This document shows positions 63,160 to 64,000 of a stretch of 64,000 bases of DNA, piece after piece. The notes beneath the pieces are model-generated. The model saw only the letters and a program-made list of their open reading frames with translations, was not told where the DNA came from and searched no databases. A program made the position numbers and the translations under genes. Within the stretch, counting starts at the first letter, position 1, and every line of letters starts with the position of its first letter. Source of the DNA: Pseudomonadales bacterium (GTDB taxonomy: Bacteria; Pseudomonadota; Gammaproteobacteria; Pseudomonadales; JAUIET01); NCBI GenBank assembly GCA_045106985.1, contig JBGCFQ010000024.1, positions 128,502-192,501 of the forward strand. Reading direction: 5' to 3'.

Positions 63160-63457
63160 AGTTACTTCCTCCATGGATTATCTAGCTGATCTGCATAATA
63201 CAATACAGCATTTCGATTTGTATTGAATTGTTAGGAACGAAATTCATTCTAAGCAAACTATGTCGCTTGGTGTAAGACAATTGATCTGCATCAAGGGGTC
63301 AGGGCCACAGCAGTGTATAGTGCGAGTAAGACAGGATTTTCAGGGCGTACTATGGCAGAGCTATTTTCGAACCACCTGTGCGTGGGTGGGCAAGATTTGT
63401 CGGTTTCCTTTGAGCCTGCTGCTTGCATCTATCGGCTGACTGCAGATGTTGTTCGAT

Positions 63458-64000
63458 ATGGATTTTGAGTGGCTCGCTATTAGCTTTGACGATGTCACCT
63501 GGATTTTCCTTGCCTTTGTGTTTGGTTTTCTATCTCGCATAGCAGGGCTTCCTCCCCTGGTAGGATTTCTCGCCGCTGGATTTCTACTTAATGCCTATGG
63601 CGTAACCGACGGCGCTTTGTTCCAAAAATTGGCAGACATTGGCATCACTTTATTGCTGTTCACTGTTGGACTGAAAATTAACATGCGAACGTTGGCGCGA
63701 CCTCAGGTGTGGGCTGTGACTGGCCTCCATATGTCCATATTGGTAGCGTTTTTTGGTCTGGCAATTTACGCTTTGGCTCTGGCTAACATTTCATTTTTCG
63801 CAGGCTTAAACCTGCAGGCATCCTTGCTCATCGCCTTTGCATTGAGTTTTTCCAGTACAGTATTTGTTGTAAAGGTGCTTGAAGAGCGAGGCGAAATGAC
63901 GTCTCTGCACGGTCGAATAGCCGTCGGCATACTGATTATGCAGGACGTTGCTGCCGTTGTATTTTTAGTGCTTTCCACGGGTAAGGTACCTTCGATATGG
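63458..64000 (+). CDS. CPA2-family cation/proton antiporter (KefB/YbaL-like), 3'-truncated by window edge
   Basis: The frame is open from the ATG at 63458 to the window end and is not in the ORF track. The translation 'MDFEWLAISFDDVTWIFLAFVFGFLSRIAGLPPLVGFLAAGFLL...FALSFSSTVFVVKVLEERGE...GILIMQDVAAVVFL' is typical of Na_H_Exchanger-family N-termini. Confidence 0.75.
   Translation, partial: MDFEWLAISFDDVTWIFLAFVFGFLSRIAGLPPLVGFLAAGFLLNAYGVTDGALFQKLADIGITLLLFTVGLKINMRTLARPQVWAVTGLHMSILVAFFGLAIYALALANISFFAGLNLQASLLIAFALSFSSTVFVVKVLEERGEMTSLHGRIAVGILIMQDVAAVVFLVLSTGKVPSIW

Noticed and set aside
63766-63978. 70-aa - strand ORF from the ORF track near the window end
   Set aside because: It is antisense to an open + strand frame (63458 to the window end) that encodes a clear CPA2 antiporter N-terminus.
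1-64000. CRISPR arrays, tRNA/rRNA genes, prophage or integron structures
   Set aside because: Scanning by eye found no regularly spaced direct repeats, no tRNA-like T-arm/acceptor signatures in intergenic regions, no integrase or phage structural genes, and no attC-like repeats. This negative result is limited by manual inspection.

Overview
The window looks like a chromosomal segment of a gammaproteobacterium. The evidence is Pseudomonas/Cellvibrionales-like synteny: nadB<>rpoE-rseABC-mucD-lepA-lepB-rnc-era-recO, gacS<>cysM-relA, and ygfZ<>sdhE-ygfX. Coding density is high, and I found no rRNA, tRNA, CRISPR array or intact mobile element. All domain calls below come from reading the ORF translations by eye; no search was run.

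Four blocks stand out from the housekeeping genes:
- (1) 4260-9964 holds a complete coenzyme F420 biosynthesis set (npdG, cofE, cofD, cofC, fbiC), followed by malate synthase G.
- (2) 12587-28077 is a 13-gene, same-strand, tightly coupled operon that I cannot assign to any described system. It encodes a MotA/TolQ/ExbB-type proton channel. It also encodes two paralogous proteins whose N-termini look like the Asp-bearing ExbD/TolR transmembrane helix but which carry a coiled coil plus a periplasmic vWA (MIDAS) domain. The remaining components are a cytoplasmic Hsp70-fold protein with degenerate ATP-binding loops and an FHA-like tail, a five-PEGA-repeat protein ending in an FGE-sulfatase fold without the catalytic cysteines, TPR proteins (one with a TonB-C-like end), five lipoproteins and an M48 protease. 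This is my best candidate for a novel ion-driven trans-envelope system.
- (3) 48187-49431 is an orphan, divergent class III nucleotidyl-cyclase-like gene immediately after relA.
- (4) 49693-62005 is a TonB-dependent-receptor-linked catabolic/transport neighbourhood. It contains a 718-bp non-coding gap with a possible transposase relic.

The window starts inside a methyltransferase gene and ends inside a CPA2 cation/proton antiporter gene.
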